29,239 bases of DNA from Oculatellaceae cyanobacterium bins.114 (GCA_033764315.1 JANRJA010000165.1:1-29239); one strand, 5' to 3'; counted from the stretch's first letter, positions 18,708-27,820 are shown. The notes: generated by a model from the letters alone, not told the origin. Program-made: numbers and translations.

Positions 18708-21700
18708 ATGACGGCAAGAGTGCCGACTACGCTTGTAAATAGTTTGCAATTAGCCAAACAGGGCGATGCAGAAGCGATCGCGGCTTTGGTCAATCGAGCT
18801 TTGCAGCCACAAAACATTTGGGTAGCAGCCGTTTCGGTAGAAGGCGATCGCCTGCACTTGGTGTTGGAGTCAGCACAAGCTCCCGCCCAAGAAACCGTGG
18901 TGCCCTTTATCCGGCAGAGTCTTAATCAACTGGGATCAGAGGCATTTCGAGCGGTAGTGCTCTATGGCAAATCTCAGTCTCAGTCAACTCAACTGTGGGA
19001 ACAGGAGATTGTCCTAGAGGTTCTGGCTCGTTCAAGCACCAAAGACAATACCCACTTGGATGCTCTAAATTTGAGTGCAACAGAGCGATCGCAGACCGTG
19101 GGAGAGGCAGATTCTCCTGAGTCGAGTGGCATCGCGACCGTGGCAGAGATGCCTGCGACTTGGCTCGATCCAGATCTGGAAAATAGTGCCCAGATGGCGA
19201 TCGGGAACAAGGTAATGCATCAAACTTCGCGCGGAGGAGTCGTCAACCTGGTGTCAGGACAGGGGCGATTGGTCGTGCGATCGCGGCTAGTCTCGACTCC
19301 CTCGCAAGGCAGTCAACCGTTTCCAGATTTGCTCGATCGCCAACTTGAAACCGAAGAAGCGATCGCCGCCTTGCAAGCAGGCTCCTCAGTGGCATTTTTT
19401 GGTGAAACCGGATCAGGTAAAACGGCTCTGTTGCGATCGCTAGCCCATCATAGCGAGTTGGCAGGTGCCTTTCGCGACGGCATAGTGTATCAACGGGGAC
19501 GCTTCCACTCAGCCAGTGACGTCTTGCAGTCCTTATTTGACGCCTTTTTTGAATGCGACAGTCCAATCGCTATCCGCCCTACTAGCGATGAACTGCGTCA
19601 AGCCTTTCAAAGCCATCGAGCATTGGCAATTTTAGATGATTTAGATTTGCCAGAAACTGAGGTGGCTCACCTTCACAGCCTACCGGGATTGGTAATTCTC
19701 TCGGCCAGTCAAGAACGCCAATTGTGGAATCGTGTCAACGCTATGCCCATGTTGGGGTTGCCATTAAACGATGCCCTGACACTGGTTGAGCGAGGATTGG
19801 GGCGATCGCTCACACCAGACGAGCGACCTCATGCAGAAGAACTGTGTAATTTGGTACACGGACATCCGCTGCGAATCTTGCAACTGGCGGCACTGGTGCG
19901 CGAAGACAATCAGACATTGGCGATCGTGGTGCAGCGGTTGCGAATTGCCCCCATGATGGATGCTTTGCCCCTGAAATCGGCGGTGTCGTTGCCAGAGGCA
20001 GAGCGGCGAGTGTTAGCGGTGTTGGTGGTGCTAGATGGCATTTCAATTCGGGCGGAGCATCTGGCAGCCCTAACCGGATTGCCCAACATTCAAACCGTAC
20101 TGGCAACCCTAACACGACGCCATCTGGTACTGAGTGACCATGCCCGTTATTACCTGGCACAAACCATCGTCACAGCGTTACGCCAAGCCTGGGATTTAAG
20201 CCAGTGGACTCAGCGGGTCATCACCTATTTTTATCGTTGGTTAGAGCGGCAATCGCAACCCAAGGCATTGATGCCCGAACTAGAGGTGTTGTTACAAGTG
20301 TTGCGTCTGGCAGTGACAACACAACACCCCCCGGTCGTGTTGCGGTTGACTCAATACCTCGATCCGGTTTTGGTGGCTCAAGGTCGATGGAGTGCTTGGG
20401 AACAGGCATGGCAGTGGGCATTGCAAGCGGGGCGATCGCTCCAAGACCCGGCCGCGATGGCAACGGCACTGCACCAGTTGGGAACCCGTGCCTTGATTCT
20501 GGATGATCCCCTGACGGCTCACACCTATCTGACTGAAGCGTTGCAACTGCGAGACTCGTTGGGCGATCGCCCCGGAGCCGCCGCCACCCGTCATAATTTG
20601 GAATTGGTATTGACCCTACCCACCGAGGTTGATCCCGTTGCGGTAGCGGCTGTTCCACCTCGTCCTCTAACAGAGAAACGCTTTCCAACACAAGCCGCGA
20701 TTGTGATTGGCAGTTTGGGGATGGCGATCGCGGGGATGGTTTTACTCCTCAATCCGTTTCCTAGACCCGCCAGTTTTTCGCTGAGTGCGACCCGCTTGGG
20801 CTTTGGGGAACAAACCCTCAACACCACCAGTGCTGATCGGCAGACTGTGCGCCTTGTTAACACTGGCTCCAGACCCTTAGAGATCAGCAGTATCACGCCA
20901 TCGGGCAATAGCAAAGACGACTTTCAAGTCACCGAAGATTGCACCGCTGCCCCGATCGCCCCTAATGACGACTGCACCCTTGAGATCACCTTTACCCCTC
21001 AAGCCGAGGGCGATCGCTTAGCCACCGTGGTGATCCTCGATCGCGCCGGAGATAACCCTCAAGAACTGCTGCTCAGCGGCATTGGCACCCCTCCGACCAG
21101 TCCGTTTGTGCTCAGTTTTGCACCAGGTAATGTCGCCTTTGAGCCACAAGCGGTTAACACAGACAGCAAACCCCAATCCATCATGGTGACTAACACCGGG
21201 TCAGAGCCAGTGGCGATCGCCAGAGTCACCCTAACTGGAGAACAGGCCAGCGAATTTAAAAGCACGACCAACTGTGCCAATGCCACCCTTGAACCTAAGC
21301 AAACCTGCCGCATTCAAGTTGTCTTTACTCCCCAAGCCCTCAACAATCGTCGTGCCAGTGTCTTAATTACGGCCAAAGGAGAAACAGACGTGTTGGCATC
21401 ACGTGAGTTACCCGACCAACCGCCGCCCTTTTGGAATATTCCGCTCACAGGCACTGGAGCCACCACATCGACCCTGGCCAATCCCACAACGTCTACAACA
21501 ACACCGACAACAACGTCTACCTCTACCGCTGTCCCACGAGTCAGCCTCAGCCTCAGCGAACTCCACTTTGGCATTCAAGGGATCGAGACTCGCGCTGAAA
21601 AACCCCTGGTCATTGCCAATACCGGGACAGCCTCTCTCTATATTGATGACTTAAATATTGCTGGAGAAAATGCCAGAGACTTTGCTATTACAGACAATAC

Positions 21701-22493
21701 CTGTCTGGATGGCCCCATTCTGGCAGATGATGGCTGCATTGTGACAGTGCGCTTTAGTCCTCGTGGAGAGGGCGATCGCCAAGCCGATTTAGTGATTCGC
21801 GATAGTGCGGCAGGCAGTCCTCGTCGCATTGTGTTAAGCGGCACAGGGATGCGATCGCCCTCTGCCTCCCCATCTCCCAGTGCCTCATCGCCAACCATTC
21901 TCAGTTTTGCTGCCGCTGACTCCCAGATCAAAGCCGGGGAATCTACACAACTCTGCTATGGAGTCGCCAATGCAACCCAGGTTGTCATTGAAGGCATTGG
22001 CGAAGTTGCGCCTACCTCTGAAGACTGTGTAACCGTAGAACCGGGGCAAACTACCACCTATAACCTGACAGCGATCGGGGCAGGAGGTCAAGAAGTCACC
22101 GCTCAAACCACCGTCCGAGTGGGGCAACCAGAGACAGACCCGACCGAACCTATCCCCCCACTCACAACCCCTCAATCACTCTCGCCCGGTAGCTCCACTC
22201 GTGACGCCGCACCAGACTTGTTAACTTGCAAAAACAGTACTCCTCTGACCTGGCAATCGACCACGCGCAACGGAGCTGGAACAGACATGCTGACGCTGCA
22301 ACAGTTTTCAGCCGACTATCAGGATTGGATGACCGTCTTTGAGGAACCATTGCCAGCGGGCACCGATGTCACCCCCTGGCTCACCCAACATCAAGGCTAT
22401 GAGTGGCGTTGGATGGTGCGATCGCTGGATGCAGCAGGGCGTTCTAGCGAACCCTCTCCCTGGTATTACTTCACTTGTTATGACTTGCGGTAA
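18708..22493 (+). CDS. membrane-spanning STAND (NB-ARC-like) NTPase with TPR region and C-terminal ASH/choice-of-anchor-D Ig-like repeats
   Basis: Walker A GETGSGKT, Walker B LAILDD, GHPL (GxP), ALHQLG...AATRHNL TPR-like helices, one TM helix (~20694-20750), three L.FG...NTG..PL.I...DF....C...C...V.F.P...G.R...L.G.G repeats. Confidence 0.85.
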   Translation: MTARVPTTLVNSLQLAKQGDAEAIAALVNRALQPQNIWVAAVSVEGDRLHLVLESAQAPAQETVVPFIRQSLNQLGSEAFRAVVLYGKSQSQSTQLWEQEIVLEVLARSSTKDNTHLDALNLSATERSQTVGEADSPESSGIATVAEMPATWLDPDLENSAQMAIGNKVMHQTSRGGVVNLVSGQGRLVVRSRLVSTPSQGSQPFPDLLDRQLETEEAIAALQAGSSVAFFGETGSGKTALLRSLAHHSELAGAFRDGIVYQRGRFHSASDVLQSLFDAFFECDSPIAIRPTSDELRQAFQSHRALAILDDLDLPETEVAHLHSLPGLVILSASQERQLWNRVNAMPMLGLPLNDALTLVERGLGRSLTPDERPHAEELCNLVHGHPLRILQLAALVREDNQTLAIVVQRLRIAPMMDALPLKSAVSLPEAERRVLAVLVVLDGISIRAEHLAALTGLPNIQTVLATLTRRHLVLSDHARYYLAQTIVTALRQAWDLSQWTQRVITYFYRWLERQSQPKALMPELEVLLQVLRLAVTTQHPPVVLRLTQYLDPVLVAQGRWSAWEQAWQWALQAGRSLQDPAAMATALHQLGTRALILDDPLTAHTYLTEALQLRDSLGDRPGAAATRHNLELVLTLPTEVDPVAVAAVPPRPLTEKRFPTQAAIVIGSLGMAIAGMVLLLNPFPRPASFSLSATRLGFGEQTLNTTSADRQTVRLVNTGSRPLEISSITPSGNSKDDFQVTEDCTAAPIAPNDDCTLEITFTPQAEGDRLATVVILDRAGDNPQELLLSGIGTPPTSPFVLSFAPGNVAFEPQAVNTDSKPQSIMVTNTGSEPVAIARVTLTGEQASEFKSTTNCANATLEPKQTCRIQVVFTPQALNNRRASVLITAKGETDVLASRELPDQPPPFWNIPLTGTGATTSTLANPTTSTTTPTTTSTSTAVPRVSLSLSELHFGIQGIETRAEKPLVIANTGTASLYIDDLNIAGENARDFAITDNTCLDGPILADDGCIVTVRFSPRGEGDRQADLVIRDSAAGSPRRIVLSGTGMRSPSASPSPSASSPTILSFAAADSQIKAGESTQLCYGVANATQVVIEGIGEVAPTSEDCVTVEPGQTTTYNLTAIGAGGQEVTAQTTVRVGQPETDPTEPIPPLTTPQSLSPGSSTRDAAPDLLTCKNSTPLTWQSTTRNGAGTDMLTLQQFSADYQDWMTVFEEPLPAGTDVTPWLTQHQGYEWRWMVRSLDAAGRSSEPSPWYYFTCYDLR

Positions 22494-22582
22494 TCCTTAA
22501 ATCAGGATGACAGTAAAGGCCACTTCTCCAAGGCATCCTACGGTATATACATAAGGCTCCTAAGCTAGCCAATGCTAGGAGC

Positions 22583-22660
22583 GATCCTCTCTAACCCTCC
22601 TTAAAAATGAGGGGATCGGACTCAAAGTCCCTTTAACAGAGAGGGATTGAGGGGGATCGG
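22583..22660. repeat. degenerate copy of the REP/MITE-like palindromic element
   Basis: Shares the CGGACT(C/G)AAAGTCCCT core and the hairpin layout with 11541-11627. Confidence 0.65.
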
Positions 22661-22954
22661 GCAGAAAGCGGATATCTCAACTGAAATCTGTAACCTACAG
22701 CCATCCCTCTCCACGTCGGAGAGGAGCAAGGGGAGAGGTCGCTGACAATTAACGAAGAACGTATGATCCACGACCCATTCCAACATCCTCTTTTCCGGCT
22801 GTCATCCTCATGAATGCATAGATTGGTCACTCCTCCCAGAATGAAGGTATTATCGCAAACTTTCTTAACAAAGAATACCCCCCTCACGGCGATCGCATGG
22901 TAAGCTCAGATGAAATTTGAGCTATTAAATTTTTAGTGTGAGGCTAGGTGTTTA

Positions 22955-24532
22955 ATGCGAGTTTTACTGCTCTACCCTCTGTTCCCTCCAAGTTTTTGGT
23001 CATTTGAGAAAGCTTTGGAATTAGCAGGTCGTAAGGCATTCATGCCTCCACTGGGTATGATTACGGTCGCGGCTATTTTGCCCCAAGAGTGGGAATTTAA
23101 ACTAGTCGATCGCAATGTTCGCTCGGTGACTCAGGCCGAGTGGGAATGGGCAGATTTGGTCATTATTTCTGCCATGATTGTCCAAAAAGAGGACTTTTTG
23201 GCGCAAGTTCGGGAAGCCAAGCGACATGGCAAACCTGTTGCGGTAGGAGGCCCCTACGCCACTGCTCTACCTCACGAAGCCGAAGAAGCCGGGGCAAACT
23301 ATCTGATTTTAGATGAGGGTGAAATTACCCTGCCGATGTTTGTAGAGGCGATCGCCAGGGGTGAAACCAGTGGCACCTTTCGGTCAGGCGGCGAAAAGCC
23401 AGATGTCACCATTACTCCAGTCCCTCGCTACGACTTGTTAGAACTGGATGCCTATGACAGCATGTCAATTCAGTTTTCACGGGGTTGCCCATTTCAATGC
23501 GAGTTTTGTGACATCATCGTCCTCTATGGACGCAAACCCCGCACCAAAGCACCTGATCAACTGCTCAAAGAACTCGATTTTCTCTACGAATTGGGTTGGC
23601 GTGGCAGTATTTTTATGGTGGATGACAACTTCATCGGCAATAAGCGCAATGTAAAGTTGTTACTCCAAGAGCTGAAGGTCTGGCAACAGGAACACAACTA
23701 TCCTTTTGGGTTCACGACAGAAGCCTCCGTTGACCTGGCACAAGACCAGGAACTGATGGACTTAATGATGGATTGCAACTTTGGTAGTGTTTTCCTGGGC
23801 ATTGAAACTCCTGATGAAGACAGCCTCTCCGTCACCAAAAAATTTCAAAACACGCGTGATCCGCTCAACGAAGCCGTTGAAAAAATTGTGCGGACTGGAT
23901 TGCGGGTCTTTGCTGGCTTCATCATCGGGTTTGATGGTGAAAAACAAGGGGCGGGCGATCGCATCGTTCGGTTTGTTGAGCAAACAACCATTCCTACAGC
24001 GGTTTTTAGCATGTTGCAGGCACTTCCTGACACGGCTCTCTATCACCGTTTGCAAAAAGAAGGACGCTTGCGCGACAAGTTGACCAACATCAACCAGACC
24101 ACGTTGATGAACTTTGTGCCAACTCGTCCACTCGAAGATATTGCTCATGAATTTGTGGAAGCCTGGTGGGAGCTTTATGATCCTGAAAAATATCTCGATC
24201 GCACCTATCGCCATTTCATGATTATGGGTGCTCCTCGTTACCGTCCATCTTTGGGTATTCTCAAACCTGAACACATTCGCGCCTTGTTTGTGCTGGCATG
24301 GCGACAAGGGGTCGTGCGCAAGACTCGCTGGAAGTTCTGGACTTATTTGTTTAGCATCTTAAAGAACAACCCCGGTGTCTGGAACCGCTATTTAGCAACC
24401 TGCGCCTATGCTGAGCACTTCTTGTATTACCGTCAGTTAGTGCGCGACAACATCGACACGCAACTCAAGGAGTATTTAGAAGAAGAATCGCGACTCAAGG
24501 CTGAACCCAGTCCAGTCAAAGCCGTAGCTTAA
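22955..24532 (+). CDS. B12-binding radical SAM protein (DUF4070-type, HpnP-related class B methylase family)
   Basis: MPPLG, VAVGGPY cobalamin-binding domain, SRGCPFQCEFC, VDDNFIGNK, GFIIGFDGE. Confidence 0.92.
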   Translation: MRVLLLYPLFPPSFWSFEKALELAGRKAFMPPLGMITVAAILPQEWEFKLVDRNVRSVTQAEWEWADLVIISAMIVQKEDFLAQVREAKRHGKPVAVGGPYATALPHEAEEAGANYLILDEGEITLPMFVEAIARGETSGTFRSGGEKPDVTITPVPRYDLLELDAYDSMSIQFSRGCPFQCEFCDIIVLYGRKPRTKAPDQLLKELDFLYELGWRGSIFMVDDNFIGNKRNVKLLLQELKVWQQEHNYPFGFTTEASVDLAQDQELMDLMMDCNFGSVFLGIETPDEDSLSVTKKFQNTRDPLNEAVEKIVRTGLRVFAGFIIGFDGEKQGAGDRIVRFVEQTTIPTAVFSMLQALPDTALYHRLQKEGRLRDKLTNINQTTLMNFVPTRPLEDIAHEFVEAWWELYDPEKYLDRTYRHFMIMGAPRYRPSLGILKPEHIRALFVLAWRQGVVRKTRWKFWTYLFSILKNNPGVWNRYLATCAYAEHFLYYRQLVRDNIDTQLKEYLEEESRLKAEPSPVKAVA

Positions 24533-24545
24533 TCTCTGTTAAAAC

Positions 24546-24579
24546 AAATCCCCAGCTTCTGTCAGGAACTGGGGATTTA
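24546..24579. terminator. hairpin between the convergent radical SAM gene and petL
   Basis: AAATCCCAGCTTC...GAACTGGGGATTT imperfect stem. Confidence 0.55.
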
Positions 24580-24599
24580 GCTTTTTAAGGAGAATTTAA

Positions 24600-24698
24600 T
24601 TAGATCAGTTTGACAGCCCGCAACGTGAAATATAGCCCGATCGCCAAACTAAAGGCACCGCCAACTAAAACAACGTATGTAACTGCTCCAGCCACCAT
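24600..24698 (-). CDS. petL: cytochrome b6f subunit 6 (PetL), 32 aa; not in the ORF track
   Basis: MVAGAVTYVVLVGGAFSLAIGLYFTLRAVKLI*: single TM helix with the PetL LY..LR.VKLI tail. AGAGG RBS; divergent from aroB. Confidence 0.92.
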   Translation of the reverse strand: MVAGAVTYVVLVGGAFSLAIGLYFTLRAVKLI

Positions 24699-24826
24699 GT
24701 CTAAACCTCTGTTACGTCATCTCTTTTATTGAATCATGAGTCGTCCTTCAGCGATCGCCCCATGAGGAAACCGCCTCACAGAACAGCTTCCCCAATGCGA
24801 TAATTAGGGTCTGTTTCTGCCGTTGG

Positions 24827-25933
24827 TTGTCACCCATGAAGTCTGTTATCTCGGTTGAGTTACCCTCCCAGTCTTATAACATCGCGATCGCCCTTGGTGG
24901 GCTAGACCATTTAGGCAACTGGATGCAACCGTTGAATCTTGGCAAACGGGTGTTGGTGGTGTCCAATCCAGTAATCTTTAAGCAATATGGAGAACGGGCG
25001 ATCGCCGCTTTAGGGGGAACCGGGTTTCAGGTTGCGACCTGTTTACTACCTGCGGGAGAACGTTACAAAACCCTCGGCTCAATTCAAAAGGTCTATGACG
25101 TAGCTCTGGCAGAACGGCTGGAGCGATCATCGGCGATCGTCGCCTTGGGCGGTGGTGTGATTGGCGATATGACAGGTTTTGCGGCAGCAACCTGGCTACG
25201 GGGAATTTCGTTTGTGCAGGTGCCAACCACACTGTTGGCGATGGTAGATGCCTCGATTGGCGGCAAAACGGGGGTCAACCATCCTCAAGGCAAAAACTTG
25301 ATTGGCGCATTTCATCAGCCGCGACTGGTGTTGATTGATCCACAACTGTTACAAACCCTTCCGGCGCGAGAGTTTCGGGCAGGCATGGCGGAGGTAATCA
25401 AGTACGGGGTGATCTGGGATACCCAGTTGTTTGAGCAGTTAGAACAGGCCAAACGGCTGGATCAGCAACGTTATATCTCCTCCGAATTGATGCAAACGAT
25501 CCTCACCTGTTCTTGTCAGGCAAAAGCGCATGTGGTCAGCCAGGATGAAAAGGAAGCCGGACTACGCGCCATCCTCAACTATGGACATACCATTGGTCAT
25601 GCGGTGGAGAGTTTGACGGGCTATCGTGGTGTAAATCATGGCGAAGCAGTGGCGATCGGCATGGTGGCCGCAGGGCAGATTGCTGTAGAACTCAACCTGT
25701 GGAGCGACACCGAAACGCAACGCCAACTCGCCCTGATCGAAAAAGCCGGATTGCCCACCCGACTCCCAGCAGGAATAGATATTGAGGCGATTATCACCGC
25801 CTTACAAAGCGACAAAAAAGTGCAGTCGGGGCAGGTGCGGTTTGTGTTGCCCACTCGTATCGGGGAGGCGATCGTCACCGACAAAGCAACCCCTGATGTG
25901 ATTTGGCAGGTGTTGCAGCAGATGGAGTCCTGA
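24827..25933 (+). CDS. aroB: 3-dehydroquinate synthase
   Basis: [58 protein letters not shown] 24836 is a possible start. Confidence 0.98.
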   Translation: MSPMKSVISVELPSQSYNIAIALGGLDHLGNWMQPLNLGKRVLVVSNPVIFKQYGERAIAALGGTGFQVATCLLPAGERYKTLGSIQKVYDVALAERLERSSAIVALGGGVIGDMTGFAAATWLRGISFVQVPTTLLAMVDASIGGKTGVNHPQGKNLIGAFHQPRLVLIDPQLLQTLPAREFRAGMAEVIKYGVIWDTQLFEQLEQAKRLDQQRYISSELMQTILTCSCQAKAHVVSQDEKEAGLRAILNYGHTIGHAVESLTGYRGVNHGEAVAIGMVAAGQIAVELNLWSDTETQRQLALIEKAGLPTRLPAGIDIEAIITALQSDKKVQSGQVRFVLPTRIGEAIVTDKATPDVIWQVLQQMES

Positions 25934-26040
25934 GTTTCTGTTAGATGGCTGGGCGATCGCCCAATTCGATTATCTCCAAAACGGGATGTCTAAACTTCTA
26001 CCTGATTCTAGAATTGGGCGATTTGAATTAGTCATAACAG

Positions 26041-26496
26041 GTGAGTACTGCGGATTTTGATTTTGACACCGTAGAAATTGAACCCATTGAGCAACCCGTA
26101 CCACAAACAGTCATTGATGCATTTGATCGTCATGTTTGGTTTTTGCAATACTGTTCGACAGAAATATATGCCCTCAAACTACCCGTTGCAAATCAGGATA
26201 CCTACGCGATCGCCGTTTCATGACTAATGGGTGACAGTTGGGATAATGCCTGTAAGTTTTTGGAAGTCTTTGATACATCTGGTAAGTTTGTCGGTGCTGC
26301 GGATGTGCAGAGCGAGACAGTACGTTGGCGCGATCGCCCTTTTGACGGTGATGACTTTCTAACTCCTGCACCGTTGTGGGCAGACAGAGAGGGTGAAAAC
26401 AGCGATCGCCCACCCCTGTGGTCAGAAGCAACCGCCACTCAAATGGAACGAAATGGTGCTCTCACGCGATTGTTCTTTTTCTTTTCAGAGGAGTAA
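26041..26496 (+). pseudogene. hypothetical acidic protein gene split by one in-frame TGA
   Basis: ORFs 26041-26223 and 26227-26496 are in the same frame: ...YAIAVS*LMGDSWD...; HIP1 sites present. Confidence 0.65.
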
Positions 26497-26578
26497 CGCT
26501 TGAGTTGATCTCATTTCAATTAATGTCTGGGAACATTCACACGGGTAAACAACAAATTTAATTCTCATCGAGTAACTG

Positions 26579-26794
26579 ATGACTCCACAAGAACTGATTC
26601 AACGGTATGCTGAAGGTGAACGAGACTTTACAGGAATTCAGCTTCACTAACATAGCAGCTTGTAGGGTGTTGAGTTGCCAGGAAGTATTTTGAGAGAGGC
26701 AGTTTTGTCCTTCTGCAAGTGACAGGGCGTGAATTTAACCGGAGCCATTCTGGATGGCGCAAAACTCGATGTGGCAGATTTAGAGCGAGAAAAT
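26579..26794 (+). pseudogene. pentapeptide repeat protein pseudogene
   Basis: MTPQELIQRYAEGERDFTGIQLH*HSSL*GVELPGSILREAVLSFCK*QGVNLTGAILDGAKLDVADLER; in-frame stops at 26648, 26663 and 26720. Confidence 0.85.
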
Positions 26795-26979
26795 CCCACT
26801 GAAGTTAGCACCTGCCGAGTTTACGCCGCTGAAGTCAACATTCTGGAACTGACATCTTTGAAAGTTTATACCTTTCAAATCAGTTCCTGCGGGTACGCTT
26901 AACTGCTTGAGCATTCCAATTGATGAGAAGTCCCGCTCTCATCTGCGTATCGATCTAATAGTTCTTGGGCGTCTATCAT
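26795..26979 (-). pseudogene. second pentapeptide repeat protein pseudogene (frameshifted, truncated)
   Basis: MIDAQELLDRYAD/[shift]ERDFSSIG...TDLKGINFQRCQFQNVDFSGVKL/[shift]AGANFSG. Confidence 0.8.
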
Positions 26980-26988
26980 GGCTTGTCT

Positions 26989-27060
26989 ATGTCCCGGCAG
27001 GATTTGAACCTGCAACCCTCTGTTTGTAAGACAGATGCTCCACCCTTGAGCTACAGGACT
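26989..27060 (-). tRNA. trnV: tRNA-Val(TAC), 1:72 mismatch, possibly degenerate
   Basis: Anticodon arm TCTGT-CTTACAA-ACAGA; T arm GCAGG-TTCAAAT-CCTGC; acceptor AGTCCTG/CGGGACA; no CCA. Confidence 0.8.
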
Positions 27061-27065
27061 ACGAG

Positions 27066-27137
27066 AGCGGATGATGGGACTCGAACCCATGCGCTGAGTG
27101 TGGCGCACTCAGATGCTTGCCGCTACATCACACCCGC
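27066..27137 (-). tRNA. trnG: tRNA-Gly(GCC) with C33
   Basis: TGAGT-GCGCCAC-ACTCA; acceptor GCGGGTG/CATCCGC; U73; no CCA. Confidence 0.8.
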
Positions 27138-27143
27138 ATTTTT

Positions 27144-27218
27144 TGGAGCGAAAGACGAGATTCGAACTCGTGTCTCCTGGTTGGAAGCCAGGGATGCTTG
27201 CCGCTGCACCACATTCGC
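27144..27218 (-). tRNA. trnG: tRNA-Gly(TCC)
   Basis: CCTGG-CTTCCAA-CCAGG; U73-CCA. Confidence 0.9.
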
Positions 27219-27222
27219 ATTC

Positions 27223-27298
27223 TGGGGCTGGTGACAGGATTTGAACCTGCAACCTTTCGCTTACAAGGCGATTGCTCTTCCGACTGAGCTACACCAGC
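27223..27298 (-). tRNA. trnT: tRNA-Thr(TGT)
   Basis: TCGC-CTTGTAA-GCGA; acceptor GCTGGTG/CACCAGC; C73-CCA. Confidence 0.92.
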
Positions 27299-27301
27299 AT
27301 A

Positions 27302-27374
27302 AGCAGATGGCGAGGCTTGAACTCGCGTCCAGGACATACCAAATCCTGATGCTGACCGACTACACCACATCTGC
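27302..27374 (-). tRNA. trnT: tRNA-Thr(GGT)
   Basis: AGGAT-TTGGTAT-GTCCT; acceptor GCAGATG/CATCTGC; U73; no CCA. Confidence 0.82.
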
Positions 27375-27377
27375 ATT

Positions 27378-27452
27378 TGGAGCAGGTGACAGGAGTTGAA
27401 CCTGCATGAAGGCTGTACGAAAACCTCATGTTGCCCGTTACATCACACCTGC
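27378..27452 (-). tRNA. trnT: tRNA-Thr(CGT)
   Basis: AGGTT-TTCGTAC-AGCCT; acceptor GCAGGTG/CACCTGC; U73-CCA. Confidence 0.85.
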
Positions 27453-27458
27453 ATTGGT

Positions 27459-27556
27459 TGGACGCGGGGGTGAGAGTTGCACTCACCGTTGCGAAGCACT
27501 CCCGAAGGGAACCGCAGCTTATGAGACTGCTGAGCCGCTCTTGCTCTATCCCCGCT
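27459..27556 (-). tRNA. atypical tRNA with CAT anticodon (Met/fMet/Ile2 unresolved), 27-nt variable region
   Basis: AGCGGGG-ATA-GAGC-AAGAGCG-GCTC-A-GCAGT-CTCATAA-GCTGC-[27 nt]-GTGAG-TGCAACT-CTCAC-CCCCGCG-T-CCA. Confidence 0.75.
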
Positions 27557-27557
27557 A

Positions 27558-27631
27558 TACCCCCGGCGAGAGTCGAACTCGCAACAATCCGGGTTTAAGC
27601 CGGGTACGTCTGCCAATTGCGTCACAGGGGC
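27558..27631 (-). tRNA. trnL: tRNA-Leu(TAA), short variable loop
   Basis: CCGG-CTTAAAC-CCGG; variable TTGTT; G1.U72, A73; no CCA. Confidence 0.85.
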
Positions 27632-27634
27632 ATT

Positions 27635-27710
27635 TGGTGGGTTGTATAGGGTTTGAACCTATGCACTTCCGCTTAAGAGGCGGCTGCTCTACCAACTGAG
27701 CTAACAACCC
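27635..27710 (-). tRNA. trnK: tRNA-Lys(CTT)
   Basis: CCGC-CTCTTAA-GCGG; acceptor GGGTTGT/ACAACCC; A73-CCA. Confidence 0.93.
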
Positions 27711-27741
27711 GTTTTTCTGCTAGTCAACCGAAGGTTGAACT

Positions 27742-27817
27742 TGGTGGGTCGCCAGAGATTTGAACTCTGATCTGTCTGCTTAAAAGGCAGCCACTCTAAC
27801 CGTTGAGCTAACGACCC
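27742..27817 (-). tRNA. trnK: tRNA-Lys(TTT)
   Basis: CTGC-CTTTTAA-GCAG; acceptor GGGTCGT/GCGACCC; A73-CCA. Confidence 0.9.
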
Positions 27818-27820
27818 GAA

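Noticed and set aside
22955-24532. Calling the radical SAM gene hpnP
   Set aside because: Related family, but orthology cannot be shown without a phylogeny and no hopanoid genes are adjacent.
678-26410. Very frequent GCGATCGC
   Set aside because: HIP1, a well-known genome-wide cyanobacterial octamer; used here only as a marker of native DNA.
26041-26794. Stop-codon recoding of the interrupted genes by the neighbouring tRNA array
   Set aside because: None of the 26 anticodons is CTA, TTA or TCA (Leu TAA and TAG and Ser TGA anticodons read sense codons). All three stop types plus frameshifts indicate decay.
27459-27556. tRNA-Sec/Pyl or intron-containing tRNA
   Set aside because: The anticodon is CAT, the acceptor/T stems are 7/5, and the extra sequence lies in the variable region and is far too short for a group I intron.
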